Source: an uncultured Actinomycetes bacterium (GTDB lineage Bacteria > Actinomycetota > Actinomycetes > S36-B12). From it: 64,000 bases of DNA. The stretch covers positions 1,305,684-1,369,683 of the forward strand of contig CAVWJW010000008.1 of the NCBI GenBank assembly GCA_963755335.1, written 5' to 3'. Shown here piece by piece: positions 45,299-54,921 of the stretch. Numbering within the stretch: the stretch's first letter is position 1; each line of letters opens with the position of its first letter. The position numbers and the translations under genes were made by a program. The notes under the pieces were generated by a model that saw only the letters and a program-made list of their open reading frames with translations, was not told where the DNA came from and did no database searches.

Positions 45299-45856
45299 GT
45301 GCCGGCACTGGCTAGGCTGCGGTCCGTGGCAGAAGCAGCAGAATCACGACCGTTCCCGACCGACGCCTTTGCCGATGTCATGTCGGCCAACGCCACGTAC
45401 TCCGAGCACTTCAGCGCCTCCGAGCTCAGTGGCTGGGCGAATGAAGGGCTGGCCGTGGTCACGTGCATGGACTCGCGGATCGATCCGCTGTCCGTCCTTG
45501 GCATGAAGGCCGGGGACGTGAAGATCCTGCGGAACGCCGGCGCCCGCGTGACCGAGGACGTCCTGCGCACGCTCGTCCTCGGCGCCTACCTGCTCGGGGT
45601 GACCCGCGTCCTGATCATGCCGCACACGGACTGCAAGATGGCCGGGGCGACCGAGGACGAGATCCACGCCATCATCGCGGAGCGCTTCGGAGTCGACACG
45701 CGCAGCGCCGAGTTCCGCACGGTGACCGACCAGACGTCAGCCCTGGCCACCGACGTCACCCGCGTGCGCGCGTACCCGTTGCTGCCCCGTGACCTCGTGG
45801 TCGGCGGGGCCCTCTTCGACGTGCGAACCGGGCGGCTCCTGCCCGTCGATATCTGA
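45299..45856 (+). CDS. Beta-class carbonic anhydrase
   Basis: VVTCMDSRIDP...LRNAGARVTEDVLRTLVL...VLIMPHTDCKM shows the Cys-Asp-Arg...His-x-x-Cys zinc-site pattern. The start may lie downstream of 45299. Confidence 0.75.
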   Translation: MPALARLRSVAEAAESRPFPTDAFADVMSANATYSEHFSASELSGWANEGLAVVTCMDSRIDPLSVLGMKAGDVKILRNAGARVTEDVLRTLVLGAYLLGVTRVLIMPHTDCKMAGATEDEIHAIIAERFGVDTRSAEFRTVTDQTSALATDVTRVRAYPLLPRDLVVGGALFDVRTGRLLPVDI

Positions 45857-45861
45857 CCCGC

Positions 45862-46059
45862 TCAGCCGTTCGGGCGCACCTTTGCGTACGGCTCCCCGCC
45901 GATGCCCCAGTCATCCGCACTGACCTCGTAGATCGCCACCCGCACCCGCGAGTGGTCGGTGCCGAGGGCGTCATGAACGGCCTGGGTGAGCTGCTTGATG
46001 AGGTCGTGCTTCTGCTCGACGGTGCGGCCTTCGACCATCGTGACTTGGACCAGTGGCAT
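45862..46059 (-). CDS. 4-oxalocrotonate tautomerase family enzyme (XylH-like)
   Basis: MPLVQVTMVEGRTVEQKHDLIKQLTQAV... Pro-1 follows the initiator Met. 65 aa. Confidence 0.8.
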   Translation of the reverse strand: MPLVQVTMVEGRTVEQKHDLIKQLTQAVHDALGTDHSRVRVAIYEVSADDWGIGGEPYAKVRPNG

Positions 46060-46094
46060 CGGATGCTCCTGAGGTGTCGGTGAACGGGGGGGGG

Positions 46095-46880
46095 TCAGAC
46101 GCAGGCGATCTCGACGGTGCCGAGACGATCGAATCGGGCGACCACGCTGTCACCGGGCTGCACGGCCACCGCTTCGGTGAGCGCTCCGCACATGACGACA
46201 TGGCCCGCCTGCAGGCCCCGGCCGCGCGCGGCCAGCTTGCGCACGAGCCAGGCGACAGCCCCAGCCGGGTGACCCATGACAGCAGCACCGGCGGCCGTGT
46301 GCATGAGCTGGCCGTTCTTCTCCAGCGTTGCACCGACCAGGCGCAGGTCGAACCCTCGAGGATCGACGCCCTGCCCGCCTAGGACGAAGCCCGCGCAGGA
46401 GCAGTTGTCGGCGATGACGTCCTGGTAGGTGAACTTGTATCCGGTGAACCGCGAGTCGATCACGTCGACGGCGCCGAACACGAGATCGGTGGCCGCGATC
46501 ACGTCGCGCGCCATGACCTGAGGGCCCTCGAGATCCTTCTTCAGGAGGAACGCGATCTCGACCTCGCATCGGGGCTGGATGAAGCGCGAGCAGACCAGGG
46601 GCTCGCCCACGTCGATCTGCATGTCGTCGGTGAGGATGCCGGACAGCGGCTCGCCCACGTTCATCTGCAGCTGCTTTGCCTTGCTGGTGAGTCCCGTCTT
46701 CGCACCCACGACGACCTGGCCCGCGTCGACGCGCGCCTGCACCACCGCGTCCTGGATCTCATACGCAGTGACGGGGTCGAGGTCAGGCCATGTGTTCGTC
46801 AGCGGCTCGATGCCGTGGACGTTGGCGGCCGCCTCGATGAGGGTGCGCGCCAGGACTTCCCTGTTGATCGGCTCAGACAT
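46095..46880 (-). CDS. 4-oxalocrotonate decarboxylase (XylI-like; 2-oxopent-4-enoate hydratase/decarboxylase family)
   Basis: Starts at internal Met [14 protein letters not shown]... Contains ...YEIQDAVV...GAKTGLTSKAKQ...EVEIAFLL... Assigned as the decarboxylase from its position in the xylJQKIH-type gene order. Confidence 0.65.
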   Translation of the reverse strand: MSEPINREVLARTLIEAAANVHGIEPLTNTWPDLDPVTAYEIQDAVVQARVDAGQVVVGAKTGLTSKAKQLQMNVGEPLSGILTDDMQIDVGEPLVCSRFIQPRCEVEIAFLLKKDLEGPQVMARDVIAATDLVFGAVDVIDSRFTGYKFTYQDVIADNCSCAGFVLGGQGVDPRGFDLRLVGATLEKNGQLMHTAAGAAVMGHPAGAVAWLVRKLAARGRGLQAGHVVMCGALTEAVAVQPGDSVVARFDRLGTVEIACV

Positions 46881-47904
46881 CTGCCAACTCCGCCTCTGCA
46901 TGCTTGCGGGCCAGCTCGAGGGCCACGTCGATGATCATGTCCTCCTGGCCGCCCACGACCTGGCGACGTCCGAGTTCGAGCAGGATCTCGGCCTGCGACA
47001 CGTTGTAGCGCTTCGCCGCTCGTTCGGCGTGCAGCAGGAAGGATCCGTAGACCCCCGCGTACCCGAGGATGAGGCCAGCGCGGTCGATGACCTGCTGGCG
47101 AGGCATCAGCGGACGCACGATCTCCTCCGCCACGTCCATGAGGGCCAGCGGATCCACGCCCGTCTCGATCCCGTACTTCGCGCTCACGGCGGCGAGGATC
47201 TCCGTGGGGCAGTTGCCCGCGCCGGCGCCGAGCCCGGCCGACGTGCCGTCGAGGTTCTTGGCGCCCTCCTGGTAGGCCGCGATCGAGTTGGAGACGGCCA
47301 TGGCGAGGTTGTTGTGCGCATGGACGCCGAGCGGGACGTCGAGGGCGTTGACGAGGGCATTCACCCGCACCTTGACGTCCTCGGTGGTCATGGCTCCCGC
47401 CGAGTCGGCGATGTAGATGGTGTCGGCCCCGTAGGACTGCATGAGCAGCGCCTGCTCGACGAGTCCCTCGGGCGAGTTCATGTGGGCCATCATCAGGAAG
47501 CCGATGGCCTCCATGCCCAGGCCCTTGGCCACCTTGATGTGCTGCTCGGTGATGTCGGCCTCGGTGCAGTGCACCGCGATGCGTGCCACCGAGACGCCCA
47601 TCTCGTTGACCTCGCGAAGGTCATCGGCCAGGCCGATGCCGGGCAGGAGGAGGCATGCGATCTTGGCGTTCTCGGTGACTTCGCAGGCCTTCGCGATGAG
47701 TTCCTTCTCGGGGACCGCGGAGAATCCGTAGTTGAAGCTCGAGCCGCCGAGACCGTCGCCGTGCGCGATCTCGATCACCTGCACGCCGGCGCGGTCGAGG
47801 CCCTGGACGATCTTGATGACGTCCTCGGCGTAGTACTGGTGGCTCAGCGCGTGCGACCCGTCGCGCAGGGTGGAGTCGATGAGGCGGTAGTCCGTCGTTG
47901 TCAT
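46873..47904 (-). CDS. 4-hydroxy-2-oxovalerate aldolase (DmpG/BphI/XylK type)
   Basis: [12 protein letters not shown]...[18 protein letters not shown]...[16 protein letters not shown]...[12 protein letters not shown]. 343 aa. Confidence 0.9.
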   Translation of the reverse strand: MTTTDYRLIDSTLRDGSHALSHQYYAEDVIKIVQGLDRAGVQVIEIAHGDGLGGSSFNYGFSAVPEKELIAKACEVTENAKIACLLLPGIGLADDLREVNEMGVSVARIAVHCTEADITEQHIKVAKGLGMEAIGFLMMAHMNSPEGLVEQALLMQSYGADTIYIADSAGAMTTEDVKVRVNALVNALDVPLGVHAHNNLAMAVSNSIAAYQEGAKNLDGTSAGLGAGAGNCPTEILAAVSAKYGIETGVDPLALMDVAEEIVRPLMPRQQVIDRAGLILGYAGVYGSFLLHAERAAKRYNVSQAEILLELGRRQVVGGQEDMIIDVALELARKHAEAELADV

Positions 47905-48821
47905 GCCTGGGCTCCTTGCGTGCGATGGGCGGCGATGGCCTCGCCGACGCGCTGGGCGGCGGCCGTCATGATGTCGAGGTTGCCCGCGTAGGGGGGCAGG
48001 TAGTCGCCGGCACCCTCGACCTCGAGTAGGACGACAGCCCGATGGGGGACCTCGCCGCCTGGCGTGAGGAACGGACCCTCCTCGATGACCGGGGGGTTCT
48101 TGAGCCGGTAGCCCGGCACATACTGCTGGACGGCCTTCTCCATCTCGTAGACGGACGAGAGGACCGCGTCGTGATCCGTACCCTCGGGGAGGGCGCCGAA
48201 CACCGTGTTGCGCATCATGATGGGCGGCTCAGCCGGGTTGAGGATGATGATGGCCTTGCTCAGGTTCGCTCCGCCGATCTCGCGCAGGGCCGTGGAGGTC
48301 GTCTTGGTGAACTCGTCGATGTTCTGGCGCGTGCCGGGGCCGGCCGACTTCGACGACACGGTCGACACCATCTCGGCATAGGGCAGGTCCGCGACGGCCC
48401 GCCGGATCGCGTAGACCATCGGCGTCGTGGCCTGACCGCCGCACGTGACCATGTTGATGTTCGGTGCGTCGAGGTGCTCGAGCAGGTTCACCGCGGCGAT
48501 GACCTTCGGGCCGATAGCGGCGGGCGTGAGGTCGACGGCCATGATGCCCGCGTCCTCGTAGTTCTGGGCCTGGGCCTTGTGCACGTAGGCGCTGGTGGCG
48601 TCGAACACCATGTCGATGTCGTCGGCGTGGTCGAGGACCCACTGCGGGCCCTCGTGCGGGCCGTCAATGCCCAGCTTGCGAGCACGGGCGAGGCCGTCGC
48701 TGTTGGGATCGATGCCCACGAGGGCGACGAGCTCGAGTGCCGAGCCCTCGGCGTTCAGCAGCTTGATCATCAGGTCCGTGCCGATGTTGCCGGAACCGAG
48801 GATGGCGCATCTCATCGTCAT
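47901..48821 (-). CDS. Acetaldehyde dehydrogenase (acylating) (DmpF/BphJ/XylQ type)
   Basis: [16 protein letters not shown]...[13 protein letters not shown]...[12 protein letters not shown] overlap with the aldolase gene. Confidence 0.9.
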   Translation of the reverse strand: MTMRCAILGSGNIGTDLMIKLLNAEGSALELVALVGIDPNSDGLARARKLGIDGPHEGPQWVLDHADDIDMVFDATSAYVHKAQAQNYEDAGIMAVDLTPAAIGPKVIAAVNLLEHLDAPNINMVTCGGQATTPMVYAIRRAVADLPYAEMVSTVSSKSAGPGTRQNIDEFTKTTSTALREIGGANLSKAIIILNPAEPPIMMRNTVFGALPEGTDHDAVLSSVYEMEKAVQQYVPGYRLKNPPVIEEGPFLTPGGEVPHRAVVLLEVEGAGDYLPPYAGNLDIMTAAAQRVGEAIAAHRTQGAQA

Positions 48822-48826
48822 CGTGC

Positions 48827-49627
48827 CTACTCCTTCGCCATGCGGATGGTGATCGGACCGAGTCGATCGAACTCGGCCCGGAAGACGTCGCCGGGACTGA
48901 CGGGCACCATCGCGTGCAGGGCCCCGGTCATGATCACGCTGCCTGCGGGCAGCGTCACGCCCATCGGGGCGAGGGTGTTGGCGAGCCAGGCCACAGCGGC
49001 CATGGGATCGCCGAGGGCGGCGGCGCCGGCCCCCGTGGCGATCAGCTCGCCGTTGCGGGTGACGACCATGCCGACGAGGCGCGGGTCGATCCCGTCGAGG
49101 GGGACAACCTGGCTGCTGAGGGCGATGGCGCCGTTGCTGGCCAGGTCGGCCACCGTGTCGGCCAGCTTGATCTTCCAGTCCTTGATGCGCGAGTCGACGA
49201 TCTCCAGCGCGGCGACGAGGCCACGGGTGGCCTGGCTTGCAGCAGCCGGGGTGCAGTTCGGCCCGGCGAGATCCTCGCCGAGAACCACGCCGATCTCCGC
49301 CTCGATCCGTGGCGCGATGAAGCGATCGACGGGGATCTCCACCCCGTCGCCGTACACGGTGGACGCGAACACCGGACCGAAGTCGGGGGAGCCGACGCCC
49401 AGAAGCTGCTGCATCGCGGCCGAGGTGAGCCCCAGCTTGTAGCCGGAGATGGTCTCGCCGTCGTCGAGCAGCATCCGGACCAGGTGTGTCTGGATCGCGT
49501 AGCCGTCCTCCATGCCGAGATCGGGCAGCGCCTCGGTGAACGCGGCGATCGGCTCTCGATCACGGCGGGCGGTGTACAACGCGGCAGCGAACGACTTCGC
49601 CTGGTCGTCGGTCACGATGACCGTCAT
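48827..49627 (-). CDS. 2-oxopent-4-enoate (2-keto-4-pentenoate) hydratase (XylJ/MhpD/BphH type)
   Basis: From internal Met [20 protein letters not shown]...GYAIQ...[12 protein letters not shown]...EAEIGVVLG. First enzyme gene downstream of the IclR regulator. Confidence 0.75.
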   Translation of the reverse strand: MTVIVTDDQAKSFAAALYTARRDREPIAAFTEALPDLGMEDGYAIQTHLVRMLLDDGETISGYKLGLTSAAMQQLLGVGSPDFGPVFASTVYGDGVEIPVDRFIAPRIEAEIGVVLGEDLAGPNCTPAAASQATRGLVAALEIVDSRIKDWKIKLADTVADLASNGAIALSSQVVPLDGIDPRLVGMVVTRNGELIATGAGAAALGDPMAAVAWLANTLAPMGVTLPAGSVIMTGALHAMVPVSPGDVFRAEFDRLGPITIRMAKE

Positions 49628-50463
49628 GGTTGGTCCCTCTCGTTCGATGGGGGTCGGTATCCAAGCCTTCTCGAGATGGCGGCCGCTGCGTCCTGGCACG
49701 GCCGCGGATAGCGCTTCAGTGCGTCGCCGTCGAGGCCGGCCGTCGGCACGACCACGGAGATCGCCGCGACCACGGCCCCGTCGGCGTCGCGGATCGGGGC
49801 AGCCACGCTGGCGACGCCCATCTCGGCCTCGTTCACGTTCTCGGACCAGCCGCGCTCACGGATCTCCGCCAGCTGCGCACGCAGGACGGTGACGTCGGAC
49901 ACCGATGCCTCCGTGCGTCCGGTCAGCTCCCAGCCGTCGAGGAGCTCCTCGAGCCGCGACGGCGGCAGGAACGCGAGCAGCGCCTTGCCTGAGCCCGTGC
50001 AGTTCGCGGGGAAGCGATGCCCGACCCGGCCGAACATCCGCAGCGTGGAGGCCGTCTCGCGCCGTTCCACGTAGACGACCTCGCGTCCGTCGAGCACGGA
50101 CACCTGGACGGTCGCCTTGGTGGCCGCTCGCAGCTGATCCATGACCGGTACGCAGACCTCGTGCAGGATGCTGTACGTCGACACCGAACGGCCGAGCTCG
50201 AACATGGCCAGGCCCAGCCGGTAGGCACCGGTGCGGGGGTCGCGCTCGAGCAGCCGCTCCTCGGTGAGCGTGTTGAGCAGACGGTGAGCGGTGCTCTTGC
50301 CCAGGCCAAGCCGGCGGGCCGCCTCGGTGACGCCCATCTCCCGGCGCTCACCGGCGAACTCCTTGAGCAACCGGGCTGCACTGGCGACGCTCGACAGGCT
50401 CGAATGGTGTCGATGGCTCACGGAATCGGTGCGTACGGCACCGTCCGTGGCCTCAGGCTGCAT
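49624..50463 (-). CDS. IclR-family transcriptional regulator
   Basis: HTH GVTEAARRLGLGKSTAHRLLNTLTEERLLERD. The effector domain ...GHRFPANCTGSGKALLAFL...GWSENVNEAEMGVASVAAPI is typical of IclR proteins. ATGA overlap with the hydratase gene. Confidence 0.85.
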   Translation of the reverse strand: MQPEATDGAVRTDSVSHRHHSSLSSVASAARLLKEFAGERREMGVTEAARRLGLGKSTAHRLLNTLTEERLLERDPRTGAYRLGLAMFELGRSVSTYSILHEVCVPVMDQLRAATKATVQVSVLDGREVVYVERRETASTLRMFGRVGHRFPANCTGSGKALLAFLPPSRLEELLDGWELTGRTEASVSDVTVLRAQLAEIRERGWSENVNEAEMGVASVAAPIRDADGAVVAAISVVVPTAGLDGDALKRYPRPCQDAAAAISRRLGYRPPSNERDQP

Positions 50464-50486
50464 GCTTCAGGACGCTAGCACCGGGT

Positions 50487-50503
50487 TTCCCGCATCGCGG
50501 GAA
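50487..50503. promoter_or_regulatory. Palindrome in the IclR / PEP-utilising-enzyme divergent region (operator candidate)
   Basis: TTCCCGC-ATC-GCGGGAA with 7-bp perfect arms, located 24 nt upstream of the IclR start codon. Confidence 0.35.
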
Positions 50504-50610
50504 GCCGTTTCATCCTGCGGAACGGTACCTGCGCAACGGCGTCCGACGGGGCATCGCTTTCGCCGTTCGCGAGAGTCCGTCGACCGGTCCGGACACAATG
50601 GCCGGGGGAG

Positions 50611-53469
50611 GTGCGCGTGCCGGACGTGCTGTGGCTGCAGGAGGTTTCCTCCGCCGACGTCGCACTGGTCGGGGGCAAGGCCTCGAGCCTCGGCGAACTC
50701 ATCGGCGCGGGGCTGCCCGTGCCGGCGGGCTTCGCGGTCACGATCGAGGCGTACGTCGAGAGCCGGGACACATCCGGCCGAGGACTGGCCCTCGGCGACC
50801 TCCTGACACGGGCGCACGGTTCTGACCTGACCGTTACCGCCTCCGCCTGTGAGGCGGCCCGCGAACTCGTCCGCACGATGCCCATCGCGCGGCATATCGA
50901 CGAGGCGATCCGCGGCGCCTACCGACAGCTCGGGGCGCTGATGGACGACCCCCGCGTCCCGGTCGCCGTTCGCTCGTCGGCCACCGGGGAGGACTCCCTG
51001 GACGCCTCGTTCGCAGGAGAGCACGACACGTACCTGTGGGTGCGCGGCGAATACGACGTCGTCGACGCGGTCCGGAACTGCTGGGCGAGCCTGTTCACGG
51101 CGCGAGCCGTGTCGTACCGGACGGAGATGGGACTGGACCATCAGGGCCTGGCCATGGGCGTGGTCGTCCAGGCGATGGTGCACCCGGTGAGTGCTGGCGT
51201 CGCCTTCACGCTCAACCCGTCCAACGGCGACCGCTCCGTCACGGCCGTCGACTCCTCGTGGGGATTCGGCGAGGCGGTCGTGTCCGGAGAGGTGACGCCC
51301 GACAGCTTCCTCGTCGACAAGGTGACCAACGCCGTGGTCCTGCGGGTCATCTCGGACAAGAGGCACGAGTTCGCGCTCAGCCAGGACGGCACCGTGGCGC
51401 GGGTGAGCGTGCCGCCGCCGCGGTCGACACAGCCGAGCCTCGATAACCGCGAGATCCTCGAGATCGCGCGACTGGCGCGGGCCTGCGAAGGGCATGCCGG
51501 TTGTCCGCAGGACGTCGAGTGGGCGCTTGTCGCGGCTCCCGGCGAGGGGACTGCTGTCGTGCTGCTGCAGACCCGGCCGGAGACGGTGTGGAGCCGATTC
51601 AAGCGGGACGGCGTCGTGGCACCCGCGCCTCGATGGACGCCGGTGGCCGACCTTCGAGTGGCCGACCGGTTCCGCAGCCCGTTCGACGTCGAGACACCGC
51701 CGGGTGCCGAGGGCTGGCCGGACCTCTACACGTACTCGACGCTGTTCAGCGAGGGTCGCAGGGCGAGCGAGGAGGCGAAGTTCTGGTTTCAGGACGGTGT
51801 GCACTGGCCGGACCCACTACCTCCGTGGGATGCGACCTTGATGGAGTTCGCCCTCGCCGCCCTGTCGCAGTACAACACGCGTCAGCTCCTGCTGCCGTCG
51901 ACCAACGGGATCGAGTTCCGGGTGCTCAACGGGTACGTCTACCTATCGCCGGTCGGCGTCCGCGCCGACGAGGTCGAGGCGCGCGTGCTGGAGTTCGCCG
52001 AGCGAGCCGACTTCTACTACACGCACTGGGACGAGCTGTACCAGCGATGGATGGGCAAGATCACCACACTGGTCGACGCCCTGCACGCGCTGAGGTTCGA
52101 GCCCCTTCCGGACGTCGAGGACGTGGACGAGGTCGTCCGGTCCGGTTCAGGGGTCGGATCCGGATTCGCCCTCCTGTCGGACTATCGCCGGCTCGTCGAC
52201 CTCGCCATGCAGCTGTGGCAGTACCACTTCGAGTTCCTCAACCTGGGCTATGCCGCCTACCTGGAGTACTTCGGCTTCTGCAAGAGCGCCTGGCCGAGCA
52301 TCCCGGACCTGTCGATCGCGACCATGGTGGCCGGCGTCGAAGTCGACCTGTTCCGTCCCGACGACGAGCTCAAGAAGCTGGCCGGGCTGGCCGTCACCGG
52401 CGGGCTGGCTGCGGCATTCGACAAGCCCGACGCCGCAGCCGTCACGGCGGTGCTCGCGAGGACCGAAGCCGGTCGAACCTGGCTGGCCGCGTACCAGGAC
52501 TGCTCCGAGCCGTGGTTCAACTTCTCCACCGGTTCGGGCTTCTACCACTCCGACTGCATCTGGATCGAGTCGCCGGACGTCCCCTTCGGCTTCATCCGGG
52601 ACTACATCGCGCGCCTGCAGCGCGGCGAGGTGCTGGATCGCCCGGTCGCCGCGATCCGCGCCGAACGGGACCGGCTTGTGGAGGAGTACGTCGCGTTCCT
52701 GCCGGACGAGGCATCACGACGCGAGTTCCGGACGAGGCTCGACCTCGCACGAAAGGTCTTCCCCTACGTCGAGAACCACAACTTCTACGTCGAGCACTGG
52801 TGTCACTCCGTCATCTGGCGGCGGATGCGCGAACTCGGCGGAGTGCTGGCCGACCGAGGCTTCTGGCCGCGGGCCAACGACATCTTCTACCTCAAGCGGA
52901 CCGAGGTGGAGGACGCCCTGTGGGACTACTACGCCGCCTGGGCAACGCCGTCCCAGCCCGCGGGCCCGGCGTACTGGCCGACCATCGTCGAACGCCGACG
53001 CGCGGTTCTCGCCGTCCTGCGGGCGGCATCGCCCGATCCGGCGCTCGGGGCGCCGCCCGAGGTGGTGACCGAGCCCTTCACCGTCATGCTCTGGGGCATC
53101 ACCTCCCAGAGCGTCAGCAACTGGCTGGGCGGCACGACGTCGTCCGACGGTGAGCTCACCGGGTTCGCGGCCTCGCCGGGGCTCGTCGAGGGCACGGCGC
53201 GGGTGATCATGTCGGCGGACCAGATCAGCGATGTGCAGGACGGTGAGATTCTGGTGGCCCCCCTGACGGCACCGAGCTGGGCGCCGCTGTTCGGCAGGAT
53301 CGCCGCAACCGTCACCGACACCGGCGGAATCATGAGCCACGCAGCAATCGTGTGCCGCGAGTACGGACTCCCGGCGGTGACGGGCACGGGGGTCGCCACC
53401 ACCATGATCGCGACCGGCATGAGGCTGCGGGTGGACGGGGCACGCGGCACGGTCACGATCCTGGGCTGA
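50611..53469 (+). CDS. PEP-utilising-family phosphotransferase: PPDK_N ATP-grasp + ~480-aa unassigned central region + phospho-His swivel domain (no PEP/pyruvate TIM barrel)
   Basis: N-terminus VGGKASSLGEL...VAVRSSATGEDSLDASFAGEHDTYL...NCWASLFTARAVSYR...GVVVQAMV...DSSWGFGEAVVSGEVTPD. C-terminus GEILVAPLTAPSWAPLFGRIAATVTDTGGIMSHAAIVCREYGLPAV (catalytic His). 952 aa, intact. GTG 50617 is better spaced from the GGGGGAG RBS than 50611. Confidence 0.75.
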   Translation: MRVPDVLWLQEVSSADVALVGGKASSLGELIGAGLPVPAGFAVTIEAYVESRDTSGRGLALGDLLTRAHGSDLTVTASACEAARELVRTMPIARHIDEAIRGAYRQLGALMDDPRVPVAVRSSATGEDSLDASFAGEHDTYLWVRGEYDVVDAVRNCWASLFTARAVSYRTEMGLDHQGLAMGVVVQAMVHPVSAGVAFTLNPSNGDRSVTAVDSSWGFGEAVVSGEVTPDSFLVDKVTNAVVLRVISDKRHEFALSQDGTVARVSVPPPRSTQPSLDNREILEIARLARACEGHAGCPQDVEWALVAAPGEGTAVVLLQTRPETVWSRFKRDGVVAPAPRWTPVADLRVADRFRSPFDVETPPGAEGWPDLYTYSTLFSEGRRASEEAKFWFQDGVHWPDPLPPWDATLMEFALAALSQYNTRQLLLPSTNGIEFRVLNGYVYLSPVGVRADEVEARVLEFAERADFYYTHWDELYQRWMGKITTLVDALHALRFEPLPDVEDVDEVVRSGSGVGSGFALLSDYRRLVDLAMQLWQYHFEFLNLGYAAYLEYFGFCKSAWPSIPDLSIATMVAGVEVDLFRPDDELKKLAGLAVTGGLAAAFDKPDAAAVTAVLARTEAGRTWLAAYQDCSEPWFNFSTGSGFYHSDCIWIESPDVPFGFIRDYIARLQRGEVLDRPVAAIRAERDRLVEEYVAFLPDEASRREFRTRLDLARKVFPYVENHNFYVEHWCHSVIWRRMRELGGVLADRGFWPRANDIFYLKRTEVEDALWDYYAAWATPSQPAGPAYWPTIVERRRAVLAVLRAASPDPALGAPPEVVTEPFTVMLWGITSQSVSNWLGGTTSSDGELTGFAASPGLVEGTARVIMSADQISDVQDGEILVAPLTAPSWAPLFGRIAATVTDTGGIMSHAAIVCREYGLPAVTGTGVATTMIATGMRLRVDGARGTVTILG

Positions 53470-53561
53470 TTCGGCCCTGAGTGACGGCCCGGGCGGTCCA
53501 CGTCGCGGCAGCCCAGCCACTAGGTTTGACCGGTTACCGCCCATCACGTCGAGGAGAGCGC

Positions 53562-54917
53562 ATGTCACGCCCAGTTCGGGTTGCCGTCATCGGTTCGGGT
53601 CCTTCTGGGATGTATGCGGCGGACGCACTGGTCAACCAGACCGACGTGCCGGTAGAGGTCGACGTCATCGACCGGCTGCCCGTGCCCTTCGGACTCGTGC
53701 GCTACGGCGTGGCTCCGGACCACCTCAGCATCCGCTCGGTGCGCGACACGCTCAACAAGACGCTCGACAAGCCGGGTGTCCGCTTCCTCGGCAACGTGAC
53801 AGTCGGTCGCGACGTCAGCCTCGACGACCTCCACCGGTGCTACGACGCGATCATCTTCAGCTACGGCGCATCGCGGGACCGTCGGCTCGGCATCCCCGGC
53901 GAGGACCTCGCCGGCAGCGTTGCAGCCACTGACCTCGTGGAGTGGTACTGCGGCCATCCCGACGCGGATCGGGCCACCTTCGAGGCCCTGCTGCCGAGCA
54001 CCACCAGCGCGGTCGTCGTCGGCGTCGGCAATGTCGCGGTGGACGTCACGCGCGTCCTGGCCAAGACGGTCGCGGAGCTCGATCACACCGACATGCCGCA
54101 GTACGTCTTCGACACTCTCGCGAAGTCGCAGGTCACCGACATCCACGTGCTGGGTCGCCGTGGACCGGCTCAGGCGGCCTTCACCACCAAGGAACTGCGT
54201 GAGCTCGGGGAGCTCACGGACGCCGATGTCATCGTCTCAGTCGCCGATATGGAGCTCGACGACGTCAGCCGGGCAGCTGCCGAGAGCGACCGCGCCGTCC
54301 TGCGCAACGTCGACGTGATGCGGGAGTGGTCCACGCGTTCGCCAGCCGGCAAGCCGCGCCGCATCCACCTGCACTTCTTCGCGCGCCCCGTCGAGCTGCT
54401 CGGCGAGGGACGCGTCCAGATGGTCGTCGTGGAGCGCACGGCGCTCACTCCCGAGGGCGGGGCGGCCGGCACGGGTGAGTTCTTCGAGCTCGCCGCCGAT
54501 CTCGTCGTGCGCAGCGTCGGCTACCGCGGCACCGCCATCGACGGCGTTCCTTTCGATTCGGGCCGCAACGTCATCCCGCACACGGACGGGCGCGTGCAGG
54601 CCGACGCGGCGAACGTGGCGGGGGAGTACGTGGCCGGCTGGATCAAGCGGGGACCCACCGGGATCATCGGCACCAACAAGAAGGACGCGGCAGCCACCGT
54701 CGCCTCGCTCCTCGCCGACGTCGCCGCCGGCGTCCTGCCCGAGCCGGCAGCACCAGGCGGGATCGACGCACTGCTGTCCGAGCGCGGTGTCGATGTCGTG
54801 ACGACCGAGGGCTGGCGGGCGATCGATCAGGCCGAGCGCGATCTCGGGGCGACCCGCGGTCGTGACCGCACGACCATCCACGAGCGGGGGAGCCTGCTCG
54901 ACGCCAGCAAGGCCTGA
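53562..54917 (+). CDS. fprA: NADPH:ferredoxin reductase (adrenodoxin-reductase type)
   Basis: VAVIGSGPSGMYAA...FGLVRYGVAPDH...GRRGPAQAAFTTKELRELGEL...LVVRSVGYRG...GWIKRGPTGIIGTNKKDA closely parallels M. tuberculosis FprA as I recall it. Starts at the internal Met of ORF 53481..54917. Confidence 0.85.
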   Translation: MSRPVRVAVIGSGPSGMYAADALVNQTDVPVEVDVIDRLPVPFGLVRYGVAPDHLSIRSVRDTLNKTLDKPGVRFLGNVTVGRDVSLDDLHRCYDAIIFSYGASRDRRLGIPGEDLAGSVAATDLVEWYCGHPDADRATFEALLPSTTSAVVVGVGNVAVDVTRVLAKTVAELDHTDMPQYVFDTLAKSQVTDIHVLGRRGPAQAAFTTKELRELGELTDADVIVSVADMELDDVSRAAAESDRAVLRNVDVMREWSTRSPAGKPRRIHLHFFARPVELLGEGRVQMVVVERTALTPEGGAAGTGEFFELAADLVVRSVGYRGTAIDGVPFDSGRNVIPHTDGRVQADAANVAGEYVAGWIKRGPTGIIGTNKKDAAATVASLLADVAAGVLPEPAAPGGIDALLSERGVDVVTTEGWRAIDQAERDLGATRGRDRTTIHERGSLLDASKA

Positions 54918-54921
54918 GGGC

